Positions 41,566-52,605 of a DNA stretch of 64,000 nucleotides are shown here, in pieces (the stretch's first letter is position 1; each line of letters begins with the position of its first letter). The notes under the pieces are model-generated. The model was not told where the DNA came from and searched no databases. It saw only the letters and a list, made by a program, of their open reading frames with translations. The DNA comes from Candidatus Dojkabacteria bacterium (GTDB lineage Bacteria > Patescibacteriota > Dojkabacteria > SC72): NCBI GenBank assembly GCA_040767225.1, contig JAXGOY010000004.1, positions 6,180 to 70,179 of the forward strand, in the 5' to 3' direction. A program made the translations under genes and the position numbers.

Positions 41566-41958
41566 TGTTTTGTGTATTATTCATTATGCTGTTAATCGTG
41601 GGGTATTTGGTCGAGCCTTCAATCCCACAGAGTTGGTATTTACACTATACCATTAACAACTATTGTTCCTTAGGTTAAATGAGTCTCCTTTCTTATTACA
41701 AATTTATGATGAATTGTACATTGCTACTAGATAAATTAATGTTAAAATGAATAATAGCTATGTAATATATTTCCAATATTGATATTATGTTTCTCTAAAT
41801 ATCTCTTTTAAGGCACCATCTACATACATCTTTAATTCTTTCATATCCTACTTTGTGTTCCTCAAAGGTCGGGAGTCCTTTTTCTTTTACCCATCTTTTA
41901 TTCTCATCCAATATAAAGCAAACGATAAGAATTAATTGAAATTTGATATACTAGAGAT

Positions 41959-42260
41959 TTGAAAATAGTAGAAAACAAAATTAGCATTCAAGAATTAAAA
42001 GAGATGGCGTCTAAGATGTTTGGTAGTCTTGTTTTAGATAGAGAAGAGAGAATAGAGTTTGACTCAATGATTAATCTAAGACCATAGAACTTTTTGATTT
42101 ATCTAAAGAATCAAAATTAACATCTTCACAGTATAGAGAATTAACTAGAAGTAGGGAGATATGGGGAGATTATTTTAAATATGATAATCAATATTCATCC
42201 ACAGCTCAGTCTATGAATAACTACTTTATGTATTTAACTATTGCTTACAAAAACAGTGGG
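41959..42260 (+). pseudogene. Eroded, internally deleted copy of the 48089-48745 gene pair
   Basis: Fragments LKIVENKISIQELKEMASKMFGSLV / RIEFDSMINLRP / ELFDLSKESKLTSSQYRELTR..DYFKYDNQY match both genes in order. Confidence 0.8.
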
Positions 42261-42379
42261 AAGGAATCCCCTATTATTTGTTTAAGAAATTCATTTGTAT
42301 GTATTTCCTAAATACAGTTTATACACCTACACGCAAGTTGTTGAATTTAGAACGAATTTTATGATATCCTTTTATAACT

Positions 42380-45300
42380 ATGAAGGATACTGTCCATATA
42401 AGGATACCAATATTAATATTGTTTGTTGTTGTAATAGGCATTACATTTGTATTATTAATAACTAATGTATTTGCTTTAAATAATACATCTGTTTTAGGAA
42501 GTGCTACTGTAATAAATACACAGAATAAAATATTCTTTACGTCTCAAACATATGGTGCAAATGTAGTAATATCAGATCCTGATCCTGAGAATAATAATAA
42601 AAGAACAATATCTGGATATGCATGGTCTCAAGATATAGGATGGATAAAATTTACACAGGGAGAAACAGATGGAGTGTTTGTTGAGTATGATACAGGAAAA
42701 GTTTCAGGTTCTGCATATGTAATAAATACTGGAAATAGAATAGAGTTTAGCTCAAATAATGCTAATGTGGTAGTTAATACAGAAACAGGAAAGTTTACAG
42801 GATATGCATGGTCTAAGGATATAGGGTGGATAGATTTCGGAGTTAATAATGTGTATGTAAAAGATAGTACTCCTCCGAATAATCCTACAGAGGCAAAGGC
42901 ATATACAGACGGGAGTAGAGAAAAAGAGATACCAGTATCTGCTGATAAATTTTTTAGTTTTACATCAATACATTTGTATTGGGATAAGCCTCAAGACCCT
43001 AGTGGAGAATCTCATGGATATAGTGCAAGTGGGATATCTGGCTATTATGTATATTGGGGAGTAAGCAGTACTGCAATACCATCTTCTTCTGGCAGTTTTA
43101 TTACTGACAACTTTGTTGATGTAGATATTCCTTCTAGTGGAACATACTACTTAAATGTTCAGGCAGTTGATAATCAAGGGAATATGTATACCAACACTGA
43201 TCAGGACTATACAATATTAGAGTATAATGCTGACTTGGTTTCTCCTACTAATGTTAAGTATATAACTACACCTGGGGGTAATTTCGGAAATATTGATGAT
43301 ATGTTTTTTAGCTGGCCAAGCTCTGCTGGTGTTACAAGTGAAGATGAAAATGGTATATTAGGTTGGCAGTATAGTTTAAATGGGGTTAATAACTGGACAG
43401 GACCAGTACACGATGATTGGCTTAATCTAGATTATATCCCATACAAAGATTCTACATATATTCATTATTTTTCTAATGAGAAGGACGGGGAGAAAATAGT
43501 AGTAGGTAATAATATTATATATTTTAGAACAATAGATAAAGCAGGAAATACAAGCGGATATATTAGTGGAGGTATATCCTATGGAGGTCTTGCTCCTATA
43601 TTTGAAGAGGATGCACAGGTAATTATTACTCCTTCTGAGAATACATCGAATGAGTTTGCACTATCATGGTCTCCTGCTATTCCATTTGAAGGGAGAGTGA
43701 TTGCTTCTTACTATTATATGGTAAACTCTCCTCCTCCTGCTACATATGAGACATTAATAAGTAACTCTTCATTGTATATTCCAGTGCAGGGTACTTCTGT
43801 GTCAAAGAGAATGCTTCCTGGTGCAATTAAAGGTGAAAATATAGTATATGTTATTGCTGTTGATAATGAAAATGGATACTCTCCTAGTAATTATATTCAA
43901 GCGAAGTTTACATTAAATAGTACTTTACCTGACCCTGTAACTGATTTGAGTATAGCGGACACATCAATTAAAGATGCTAAACTGTGGAGAGCAAGTATTA
44001 CATGGAATGAGCCTGTGTATAAAGGGGATGGGAAGCTTACATATATTGTTCAGAGAAGTTTTAATGGAGTTGATTGGACAACTGTTGGAAGCACCACAGG
44101 TATTACATATTCAGATATTGTTCCTTCAAGCAGACTTTATTACTATCGGGTAGGTGTAATGGATGGAACAGATCAGAGTAAAGAGAAGCCTACTTTTTCA
44201 ATATCTCTTTCTGCAATGATAGAGGGAAGATATACACAGCCTGCGAAATTAGTTTCTGAGGTTGAAATTGTAAACTTAGGAACAAGAAAAGCAACAATAG
44301 TATGGGTAACTGAAAGAAATAGTGATACAAAAGTTGCATATGGTTTAACAAGCGGGGAGTATTTTGAAGAGGAAGCATACAACTCTAAACAGGTAACTGA
44401 GCATGAAATTACATTAAATAATCTTCAGCCAGAAACAACATACTACTTTAAGGCTAAGTGGAGTGATTCTGATGGAAATACTGGAGAAAGTCAGGAGATA
44501 TCTCTTAGAACTGCAGATTCTCCTCAGGTATACTCCAGTAAGGTTGATATGGTTGGTTTAAACTATGCAGTTATTTCTTTTGAGGTATTTGGTGCTACAA
44601 AAGCTTCCGTTATATATGGAAGGTCTTTTGCATATACTGCGCAAAAAGAGATAAATACATCACCTACAAGAAGCAAGTACTCTGTTGTTTTAGATGGTTT
44701 AGATGATGGGGTGCAATATAGTTATAAGATAAGGCTGACAGATGCTGATGGATACATATATGATTCTATTGAAAACAATACATTTACTACACCCCCTAAA
44801 CCTAAGATATCAAATGTAAGAGTACAGGAGATACGAGATGTTGCAAGTCCTACCGTAGTATTTAGCTGGGATACTAATACACATACCAATTCTATTGTAA
44901 GATACAGAGAAGATGTTGAAGGATCAAGGGAAATTGATAAAGTGGATATGAAGATGGTAAAGGGAGAACATAAAATGGAGATATCTGGTTTAGTACCAAC
45001 AACCAACTATATAGCATATGTTGAAGGAGTTGATGATTATGGGAATAAGGCTGTATCTGAAACAGTAAGATTTACTACTCAAACTGATACTAGACCTCCA
45101 AAGATATTTAATGTTAAAGTTGAACAGGATCTTTTGGGTAGGTCAATTCAAACAGATAGAAGCAGGAGTGCTCAATTGATAGTAAGCTGGGAAACTGATG
45201 AGCCTGCTACAAGCAAGGTAAACTTTGGTGAGGGCGGTGCAGGTGTATATACATCTAGTTCTAGAATGGATCAGGAACAAAGAACAGATCATTTGGTTAT

Positions 45301-45469
45301 AGTCTCAGGCTTAACTCCATCTAAGGTGTATAGTTTAGAAATTGAATCTGGTGATGATTCAGGCAATATCAGTAAATATGGTCCTCTTGTTTCAATTACT
45401 CAAAAATCATCTAATACTGTTTTAGAAACAATATTGAACTCTATCTCTAATATATTTAACATATTCTAA
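42380..45469 (+). CDS. Large cell-surface protein with multiple FN3 domains
   Basis: N-terminal TM, two GYAWS.DIGWI repeats, several HxxxLxxLxPxTxY FN3 motifs. Confidence 0.85.
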   Translation: MKDTVHIRIPILILFVVVIGITFVLLITNVFALNNTSVLGSATVINTQNKIFFTSQTYGANVVISDPDPENNNKRTISGYAWSQDIGWIKFTQGETDGVFVEYDTGKVSGSAYVINTGNRIEFSSNNANVVVNTETGKFTGYAWSKDIGWIDFGVNNVYVKDSTPPNNPTEAKAYTDGSREKEIPVSADKFFSFTSIHLYWDKPQDPSGESHGYSASGISGYYVYWGVSSTAIPSSSGSFITDNFVDVDIPSSGTYYLNVQAVDNQGNMYTNTDQDYTILEYNADLVSPTNVKYITTPGGNFGNIDDMFFSWPSSAGVTSEDENGILGWQYSLNGVNNWTGPVHDDWLNLDYIPYKDSTYIHYFSNEKDGEKIVVGNNIIYFRTIDKAGNTSGYISGGISYGGLAPIFEEDAQVIITPSENTSNEFALSWSPAIPFEGRVIASYYYMVNSPPPATYETLISNSSLYIPVQGTSVSKRMLPGAIKGENIVYVIAVDNENGYSPSNYIQAKFTLNSTLPDPVTDLSIADTSIKDAKLWRASITWNEPVYKGDGKLTYIVQRSFNGVDWTTVGSTTGITYSDIVPSSRLYYYRVGVMDGTDQSKEKPTFSISLSAMIEGRYTQPAKLVSEVEIVNLGTRKATIVWVTERNSDTKVAYGLTSGEYFEEEAYNSKQVTEHEITLNNLQPETTYYFKAKWSDSDGNTGESQEISLRTADSPQVYSSKVDMVGLNYAVISFEVFGATKASVIYGRSFAYTAQKEINTSPTRSKYSVVLDGLDDGVQYSYKIRLTDADGYIYDSIENNTFTTPPKPKISNVRVQEIRDVASPTVVFSWDTNTHTNSIVRYREDVEGSREIDKVDMKMVKGEHKMEISGLVPTTNYIAYVEGVDDYGNKAVSETVRFTTQTDTRPPKIFNVKVEQDLLGRSIQTDRSRSAQLIVSWETDEPATSKVNFGEGGAGVYTSSSRMDQEQRTDHLVIVSGLTPSKVYSLEIESGDDSGNISKYGPLVSITQKSSNTVLETILNSISNIFNIF

Positions 45470-47616
45470 TGACTCAAAGAAAAGTAATTGAAGTTAAAGG
45501 GATAAATAAAAGTTTCTCACTGGGAAAAAGAGAAAACAAAGTATTAAAAGATGTATCACTTGATATTTACTCTGGCCAGTTAACCTGTATCTTTGGCCCT
45601 TCTGGATGTGGTAAATCCACACTACTAAATGTAGTAATGGGACTTGAACGACCTGATAGTGGTAATGTTAGAGTTTTGAGTGAGAATATCTGGGATATTG
45701 ATATTAATGAACAGACAGATTTTAGAAAAAGGCATATTGGAGTAGTATATCAGCAACAGATTTGGATTAGGTCTTTAAGTGTAATTGAAAATGTTGCTCT
45801 TCCTGCACAGCTACTGGGAATGAACAAAAGTGATGCATTAAATCGTGCAGAGAAGGTCTTACAAGATGTGGGGATGTTAAAATTTAGAGATTTCTACACA
45901 TCTGAGCTTTCATCTGGTGAGCAGCAAAAAGTTGGTTTGGCTAGAGCATTAATTACTGACCCTGAAATAGTTATCGCTGACGAGCCTACTGGTAATCTTG
46001 ATACTAAGAATGGGTATGAAGTATTAAAGATATTGAAAAACCTAGCAGGGAGGGGAGTAACAGTTGTTTTGGTTACACATAATCCTGAGTATTTAGAATA
46101 CTGTGATACTGTTGTAGTAATGAAAGATGGCTCGGTAATGGATGCACTGAAGGGGGGGAAGGAAATTTTAAGTAAGGTACAGGAAAGTTTAAATAGGAAA
46201 GATATAAAAGTGAACAATAATACAACTGAAAATAAGATTAGTAGTGAAAGTAGTGTAGATTCTGAGTATTATCCAAAGGAATCATTCTTTGAGAAGTTGG
46301 GAGGATATACTAAATTAATAGTTAGCTTTTTTACTAAGTCATTATCATTATTTGTATTATCTCTTGTAAGAAAAATTAATATTAATGGAGCTGCACAGTT
46401 AAGAAGGAGTATGACAAAATCTAATAATGGAGATATGTCATTGCTTGATTTAACAGAGCTGTCTTTTAAGAATGTCTTTTTTAAGAGGTTTAGAACTTTA
46501 ATTACAATACTTGGTGTTGGCTTAGGAGTAGGTTTTGTTGTACTACTTGTTTCAATAGGGTATGGGTTAGAGGATTTAGTAATTGAGGAGGTTACTAAAG
46601 CTCAAAACCTTAATCAAGTTGATGTTTTCCCTAAAGTAGGTAGTCAATTAAAATTAGATGATGAATTAATTAAGAAAGTTTCTGCAATATCAGGTATTAG
46701 TAAAATATATAGAATAAAGAATTTTCCTGGGAGAATTGATTACAAAGGATCTACTGTTGATGTCGTTGTGTATGGAGTAGAGAGTGGATATCTTGAGAAT
46801 TCTCCCGTTAAAAAGGTTACTGGAGAGTTCTTAAATGGGGAGTCAGACAAATTCTCTGCTATAATTAACTCTGAATATTTAAAGACACTTGGACTAGGTA
46901 CAGACATTATTGGGGAGACCCTAAATTTAAATGTTATACAATCTGTACCTGAAAGTGAATCAGAGCCTAAAAACATTCCTGTAACAATCGCAGGAGTTGT
47001 TGAAGATGATTCTCCTCCTGTTATATATCTTAAAATAGATTCTGTGAGGGAGTATACAGAGGATGAGTATTCTGCACTTTCGATTATAATTAATAAGGAA
47101 TCATCCCTTGATTTTGTCAGAAAACAGATAGAGTCTTTGGGGCTTGAGACATTTTCAATAATGGATACTGTTAATCAGGTTCAACAGATATTTACATATG
47201 TAAGATATGGTCTTTTGGCATTTGGTATTCTAGCATTTGCAATAGCTTTTCTTGGAATGATTAATACATTAACTGTATCACTGCTTGAAAGAACAAGGGA
47301 GGTTGGTTTAATGAAGATTATAGGGATGAAGAAGAATGATATACAGTTTCTTTTCATTACTGAATCCATGTTTATTGGTCTGTTAGGAGGAATTTTTGGA
47401 ATACTGTTTGGAATACTTGGAGGATATCTAGTATCACTTGCTGTGTATCTTTTGTCTTCATCTCGTGGAGTTGAGTTTATGGTAATTACTTCTTTCCCAT
47501 TTGTTACTGCACTGATTGTGATATTAGTAACAACTCTCCTATCATTCTTTACTGGGTTGTATCCTGCAAATAGAGCTGTTAAAATTCCTACTATGGATGC
47601 TGTAAGATATGAGTAA
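45469..47616 (+). CDS. MacB-like fused ABC ATPase/FtsX permease
   Basis: [37 protein letters not shown]...RYE. Confidence 0.9.
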   Translation: MTQRKVIEVKGINKSFSLGKRENKVLKDVSLDIYSGQLTCIFGPSGCGKSTLLNVVMGLERPDSGNVRVLSENIWDIDINEQTDFRKRHIGVVYQQQIWIRSLSVIENVALPAQLLGMNKSDALNRAEKVLQDVGMLKFRDFYTSELSSGEQQKVGLARALITDPEIVIADEPTGNLDTKNGYEVLKILKNLAGRGVTVVLVTHNPEYLEYCDTVVVMKDGSVMDALKGGKEILSKVQESLNRKDIKVNNNTTENKISSESSVDSEYYPKESFFEKLGGYTKLIVSFFTKSLSLFVLSLVRKININGAAQLRRSMTKSNNGDMSLLDLTELSFKNVFFKRFRTLITILGVGLGVGFVVLLVSIGYGLEDLVIEEVTKAQNLNQVDVFPKVGSQLKLDDELIKKVSAISGISKIYRIKNFPGRIDYKGSTVDVVVYGVESGYLENSPVKKVTGEFLNGESDKFSAIINSEYLKTLGLGTDIIGETLNLNVIQSVPESESEPKNIPVTIAGVVEDDSPPVIYLKIDSVREYTEDEYSALSIIINKESSLDFVRKQIESLGLETFSIMDTVNQVQQIFTYVRYGLLAFGILAFAIAFLGMINTLTVSLLERTREVGLMKIIGMKKNDIQFLFITESMFIGLLGGIFGILFGILGGYLVSLAVYLLSSSRGVEFMVITSFPFVTALIVILVTTLLSFFTGLYPANRAVKIPTMDAVRYE

Positions 47617-47639
47617 TTAATTTTATATTTTATATTTAT

Positions 47640-47804
47640 ATGCAAAAATATAAATGTACTGTATGTGGGTATATATATGATCCACAAAAGGGAGATCCTG
47701 AATCTGGTATAAAGCCAGGTACTCCTTTTGAAGATATACCTGATAGTTGGTATTGTCCCTTATGTGGTGCAACTAAGAAAGAGTTTGTACCATTAGAGGA
47801 ATAA
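47640..47804 (+). CDS. Rubredoxin (not in the ORF track)
   Basis: [54 protein letters not shown]. Confidence 0.97.
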   Translation: MQKYKCTVCGYIYDPQKGDPESGIKPGTPFEDIPDSWYCPLCGATKKEFVPLEE

Positions 47805-47844
47805 TATATAATATACTTATATTTAATTTGTTTTATTTAAACAT

Positions 47845-48069
47845 ATGAATCCTATTAAAGATACAGTAAAAGATATAACCTCCATGCTTACATTTAATGG
47901 TATAGCATTAATACTTTTTGCAGTACTCATATTTATATTTCCTGATCTTTTAAGTTATTTAGTTGGGGCATTTCTTTGTATTGCAGGTATTAGTTCATTA
48001 CTCTATGGATTTAGAATGAATAAATCATACAAGGATGCAGAAAAGTTCTGGAAGAAGTTTGAAGAGTAA
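47845..48069 (+). CDS. Small two-TM membrane protein
   Basis: IFIFPDLLSYLVGAFL hairpin. Confidence 0.65.
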   Translation: MNPIKDTVKDITSMLTFNGIALILFAVLIFIFPDLLSYLVGAFLCIAGISSLLYGFRMNKSYKDAEKFWKKFEE

Positions 48070-48088
48070 AACTCTGGTATAATTAAGT

Positions 48089-48430
48089 ATGAAAATTGTT
48101 GATAAGGAGATTCACATTGAAGATCTTAAGGAGATGGCATCACAAATGTATGGGAATTTGGTTAAAGCTGTTGTAGATGTTGAAAGAGGGATATTCGTGA
48201 TAGATGGGCAGTTACATTCTGATGAAGAGGCTTATTTACTAGATTTAGGATCAAAGCAGGAAAACCTTTGGGGAATTAATATATATCCAGAGGCTAGTAT
48301 GGAAAGTAGAATAGAGTTTGATTCTATGATAAATGTAAGACCATCACAAGGAAACAACTCAAGGGGTGTAGAAGATCCTAAGATACAGGAAAAGATTTTT
48401 GCGATTGTTAATTCTAAAATAATTGAATAG
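48089..48430 (+). CDS. DUF5674-like protein
   Basis: VKAVVDVERG, LHSDEE..LLDLGSKQENLWGINIYP, IEFDSMINVRPSQGN. Confidence 0.8.
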   Translation: MKIVDKEIHIEDLKEMASQMYGNLVKAVVDVERGIFVIDGQLHSDEEAYLLDLGSKQENLWGINIYPEASMESRIEFDSMINVRPSQGNNSRGVEDPKIQEKIFAIVNSKIIE

Positions 48431-48436
48431 CTCAAA

Positions 48437-48745
48437 ATGGAATATACAAGCTGGAACAAAAGACCATTTTTAGAGCAAATGGCTAATATTGGGAGTGAGG
48501 TGTATAGAGCTATTAACTGGAGAAAGAAAGGAAATGAAGAATATGCACAATTAGCATTTTTAAGATCCCTTGAGCTTTTTGATTTAACTAAACAGTCAAA
48601 ATTAACATTTTCACAATACAAGGAACTCACAAGAATGAGAGAATTATGGGTTGACTATTTTAAATATGATAATCAATATAATTCAACGGAAAGCTTCTTT
48701 AATAATTACTTTAAATATATAACAATAGCTTGTAGAGGATTATAG
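48437..48745 (+). CDS. Small helical protein, partner of the DUF5674-like gene
   Basis: EQMANIGSEVYRA...ELTRMRE; 6-bp gap from the upstream gene. Confidence 0.7.
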   Translation: MEYTSWNKRPFLEQMANIGSEVYRAINWRKKGNEEYAQLAFLRSLELFDLTKQSKLTFSQYKELTRMRELWVDYFKYDNQYNSTESFFNNYFKYITIACRGL

Positions 48746-48755
48746 TAACATTATC

Positions 48756-49553
48756 CTATGGATACATCTTTCTAATTATATCTACATACTGATTAAAATA
48801 TTTTTGTAGACTATTCTTAATCTTTGAGTTAGATATCTTATTCAAATATTTCTTAAGGGTATTTATATCACTAATATTTAGAATCTTCTGTAATACTTTC
48901 ATATCTTCATCCGATATTATTTCTGTATTACCGATTACCTTTGCGATTTCAACACCTTCTTTTAAATATTCTTTTAATGCAGTATCAGCTCTCTGTTTTT
49001 CATATTTAAATAACCCCCTTAAATTATGCAAAGGGACTTTTATCGTATCAGTAGTCTTAAATAATTTGTTTAAATATGTTTCTACCCCAAATCTTGTTTT
49101 TGATATTTCTTCTATATATGGCTCTAAATCTTTTTTAAAGTAAGCTCTTTGGCCTGTTAAATCAGCAACAATATTTCTATTTCCTTTACCTGATATATAT
49201 CCAAGTACAGCTCTATGAGTTCCTTGTAGTAATGGTTTTAGAAGGGAGTGTATATGCTCTTCTGTTAGGTTTATAAGGTCTGCATCAATAAAAAGGAGTA
49301 TGTCTCCTTTAGAATGTTTAATTCCAACTGCTAGTGCATTTCCTTTTCCTTTGTTTTTATCTAAGTTTATTACTTTAACTTTTTTATTATCTTTAAACCT
49401 TTCTAATATTTCTTTTGTGCTGTCAGTAGAGCCATCATTAACACAGATGACTTCATTTATTACTGATGAGGATTGTAATATCGATATTACATTGAATACA
49501 GTTTTTTCTTCATTAAAGGCAGGTACTATTGCTGATACACAGTGTTTTGGCAT
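48756..49553 (-). CDS. Glycosyltransferase family 2
   Basis: IVPAFNEE, VNDGSTDST, NKGKG, FIDADL. Confidence 0.92.
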   Translation of the reverse strand: MPKHCVSAIVPAFNEEKTVFNVISILQSSSVINEVICVNDGSTDSTKEILERFKDNKKVKVINLDKNKGKGNALAVGIKHSKGDILLFIDADLINLTEEHIHSLLKPLLQGTHRAVLGYISGKGNRNIVADLTGQRAYFKKDLEPYIEEISKTRFGVETYLNKLFKTTDTIKVPLHNLRGLFKYEKQRADTALKEYLKEGVEIAKVIGNTEIISDEDMKVLQKILNISDINTLKKYLNKISNSKIKNSLQKYFNQYVDIIRKMYP

Positions 49554-49589
49554 AGTTTTAGTTTATTTAGAGCTAAACACATGATTATA

Positions 49590-50291
49590 TCAAATTCCTA
49601 TCCTTTTCCTTTTAAACTTTCCATTTTCAATATGTACTGCCTCAAATGTTCCATCATACATTAAAACAGCCATGCATACAGTTGCATTAGGAGGTAGCTT
49701 GTCTTTTAATCTGTAATTGAAAGCTACCAACTGTCTTAGGTCTTGTAATGAAAGGTTTAATCCTGCCTCTTTTATTCCGAACTTCTCTTTGAGTTCAGGT
49801 GATGTTTTACCTGCTAACATCTTCTGTTTTTCTTCGTCTTGTATATTAGGATGTGTATGACAGATAATATATGTATCATAATTATTATTTATTCCATTTT
49901 GAATACCCTCTTGTAGTAGTTCAGGATTAATTTCGGCATAGTTATTTTTAAGATACTGTATATTGAATGTAAATTTCATATCTTTAATCATTCCATCTTC
50001 ATCTTTTGAAGAGCCTGTTAAAAGAAATGGATATTCCTTTCCTTTTTCCTTATCTTTTATTATATCCAATAGCTCATTTAATGGTCCCTTCAAGCTTTCA
50101 TTTACAGTAATTGGTGTCTTATCTTCCTCAATTAATTCAAGAGGAATAGGAATATCAAAAAGTGTGTTTGAATCATAAATGTTTTGCTCATTTGAAACTT
50201 CTTTTATAATATCTTCAAGACCACTTTCTTTTGCTGTTTTGAGTGTTTCTTCTGTTGCACTAAATGGTTGTTCCGTTTGTTCTCCAATCAT
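49590..50291 (-). CDS. JAB/MPN-like metalloprotease-domain protein
   Basis: E(YPFLLTG)...CHTHP...LSLQD. Confidence 0.55.
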   Translation of the reverse strand: MIGEQTEQPFSATEETLKTAKESGLEDIIKEVSNEQNIYDSNTLFDIPIPLELIEEDKTPITVNESLKGPLNELLDIIKDKEKGKEYPFLLTGSSKDEDGMIKDMKFTFNIQYLKNNYAEINPELLQEGIQNGINNNYDTYIICHTHPNIQDEEKQKMLAGKTSPELKEKFGIKEAGLNLSLQDLRQLVAFNYRLKDKLPPNATVCMAVLMYDGTFEAVHIENGKFKRKRIGI

Positions 50292-50384
50292 ATTTTATTA
50301 TATTGATTGTTTAGTATTATTTAAAGGCATCTTTACTCATTTGAATTATTATATATTTTAATGTAATATTATGTCTTCGCAATT

Positions 50385-51047
50385 ATGTCATATATACAAG
50401 TACAAAATCTAAAAAGAAGATATGCTATTAGTAAAAGTGTCTTTGTAGATGCTTTAAGAGGTGTTACCTTTGATGTAGAAAAAGGCGAATTTATCTCTGT
50501 TATAGGTAGCTCAGGTTCAGGGAAATCTACTTTGTTAAATATCTTAGGTGGATTAGATAGAAAGTATACTGGTAGTGTATATGTAGATGAAAAAGATATC
50601 AAAGAATATGATCCTAATTATTATAGAAGATATATTGTTGGAACAATATTCCAGCAGTTTTACCTTATTCCATCTCTTAATGTAGAGGAGAATATCCTTC
50701 TTCCATTAAAATTTGGAAAGAAAGATGGAATTGATTTTGAAGAAAGATTAAACTATCTTTTAGATATTGTTGGACTTAAACATAGGGTAAAGCATTTTCC
50801 CAGAGAGCTTTCTGGAGGTGAGGCACAAAGAGTTGCAATAGCTAGAGCATTAATAGATTCTCCTAAAATAGTACTTGCAGATGAGCCAACAGGTAATTTA
50901 GACAGTAAAACGGGTAATGATATTTTGGAACTTCTAAAGGAGCTAAATAAAAAGGAGGAACTTACTATTTTACTTGTTACTCATGATCATGCAATTGCTC
51001 AAAAAACAGATAGAATTATTACTTTAGTAGATGGTAAAAATGTTTAA
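50385..51047 (+). CDS. ABC ATPase (LolD/MacB family)
   Basis: [30 protein letters not shown]. Confidence 0.95.
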   Translation: MSYIQVQNLKRRYAISKSVFVDALRGVTFDVEKGEFISVIGSSGSGKSTLLNILGGLDRKYTGSVYVDEKDIKEYDPNYYRRYIVGTIFQQFYLIPSLNVEENILLPLKFGKKDGIDFEERLNYLLDIVGLKHRVKHFPRELSGGEAQRVAIARALIDSPKIVLADEPTGNLDSKTGNDILELLKELNKKEELTILLVTHDHAIAQKTDRIITLVDGKNV

Positions 51048-52320
51048 ATATGCAGTAAGCCTTATATCAAGGAGAAAACTTAGAACATTTTTGACAAGTC
51101 TTGGGATTATGATAGCAGTTATGCTTATGACCTTTATACTTTTTGGTATGACAGATTTGCAGGATGCTGTTCTTACTCAGTTTAATTCTGTCTTTAAACC
51201 TACAGACCTTTATGTATCAAACAGCAGCTTTGCGATGGGTGGTGTATCTTCTGCTCCTAGAAAGGAAGATGTTCAAAATGAGGAAAAGGTAGTTATAGAT
51301 AATAATGTTGTAGAGAGTATTAAAAGTATAGAAGGGGTAGAGGAGATACATAGAATTTTTGTTGTAACAGGCTTTGATGTATATCTTCAAGGGGATGATA
51401 TCCCTTATCCTAGATCTCTTATTCAAGCAGTTGATTTGTCTGCGGATAATGAATTGTTTGTAAATTTTACTGGTGATGATCCTGTACTGAAAGAAAATGG
51501 TATTTTTGTAAGTAATTATGTTACTTCGTTTTTTGAGCTTTCTGCAGATGAGATTATTGGGAAAAATATAGTCTTAAGGTCGTCACAAATAAATAACTTT
51601 GGCTCGATACCTAATACCAACACTACGGCACAAGAGTATACATTTGTAGTCCAGGGGGTTGTAGAAACTGATAACAGTGCATTTTGGATTAATAGCGATA
51701 GAGCATTGGAAATACTTGCACAAAGGGGTGGTTTTAAGAATAAAGAAGAATATATTCAAACTGTTGGATACTCTCAGTTGCTTGTTTCTACACAAGATGG
51801 AAAAACTTCACAGGTAGAAGATGCATTAGTTAATGATTTAGGGCTTACAGTCATATCTACTAAAACTATTGTTGATTTTGTTTCTACATTAACAGCAGGT
51901 TTAACTATTGCTCTTATAATCTTCGGCTCTATATCTGCAATAGTTGCTTCTATTGGAATTATTAATACTATGATTATGAGTATTTATGAACAAACAAAAG
52001 AGATAGGTATTATTAAGGCAATAGGTGCATCTGATTTTCAGGTGCTAATTATATTTTTAATACAAGCAGGATTGATAGGATTAATAGGTGGTCTTTTGGG
52101 TTTGTCTATTACATATTTGTTAATGAAAGTGGCAGATCCATATGTTGTAAAACTTCTTTCTGATCAAGGTTTTACTGCTGTAACAACATTTTTCCATTTC
52201 CAGCCGTTAAATGCTTTATATATTACATTGAGTAGTATCCTTGTTGGTATTATTGCAGGTATATATCCTGCTATGAAGGCTGCAAAGCTTGATCCTGTAA
52301 ATGCACTGAGGTATGAATAA
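51031..52320 (+). CDS. ABC permease (MacB/FtsX family)
   Basis: RRKLRTFLT, EQTKEIGIIKAIG, YPAMKAAKLDPVNALRYE. Confidence 0.93.
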   Translation: MVKMFKYAVSLISRRKLRTFLTSLGIMIAVMLMTFILFGMTDLQDAVLTQFNSVFKPTDLYVSNSSFAMGGVSSAPRKEDVQNEEKVVIDNNVVESIKSIEGVEEIHRIFVVTGFDVYLQGDDIPYPRSLIQAVDLSADNELFVNFTGDDPVLKENGIFVSNYVTSFFELSADEIIGKNIVLRSSQINNFGSIPNTNTTAQEYTFVVQGVVETDNSAFWINSDRALEILAQRGGFKNKEEYIQTVGYSQLLVSTQDGKTSQVEDALVNDLGLTVISTKTIVDFVSTLTAGLTIALIIFGSISAIVASIGIINTMIMSIYEQTKEIGIIKAIGASDFQVLIIFLIQAGLIGLIGGLLGLSITYLLMKVADPYVVKLLSDQGFTAVTTFFHFQPLNALYITLSSILVGIIAGIYPAMKAAKLDPVNALRYE

Positions 52321-52605
52321 ACATGGAGATTGTTTCTCTTTCTTAGAATTTCTGACAAGACCGCTAGGCTATAGCATAGAGATAGAGAAGAAGGGTGGTG
52401 AAATGTTAGCAACGAATATAACAGTAAAGAGATTAAAGGAAAGATTGGAAGAGTTATAAGTTTTCTAGTAATTATATCAGTGGACACATATACCCTATAG
52501 TATAGACTTTTGTATTACTTTTTAGTATAATTAATATGTTCATTAAAAATTTGCACTTCTTATTTTGTTTCAACTCGAGAAATAAAAAAATAAAAGGAGT
52601 TAACA

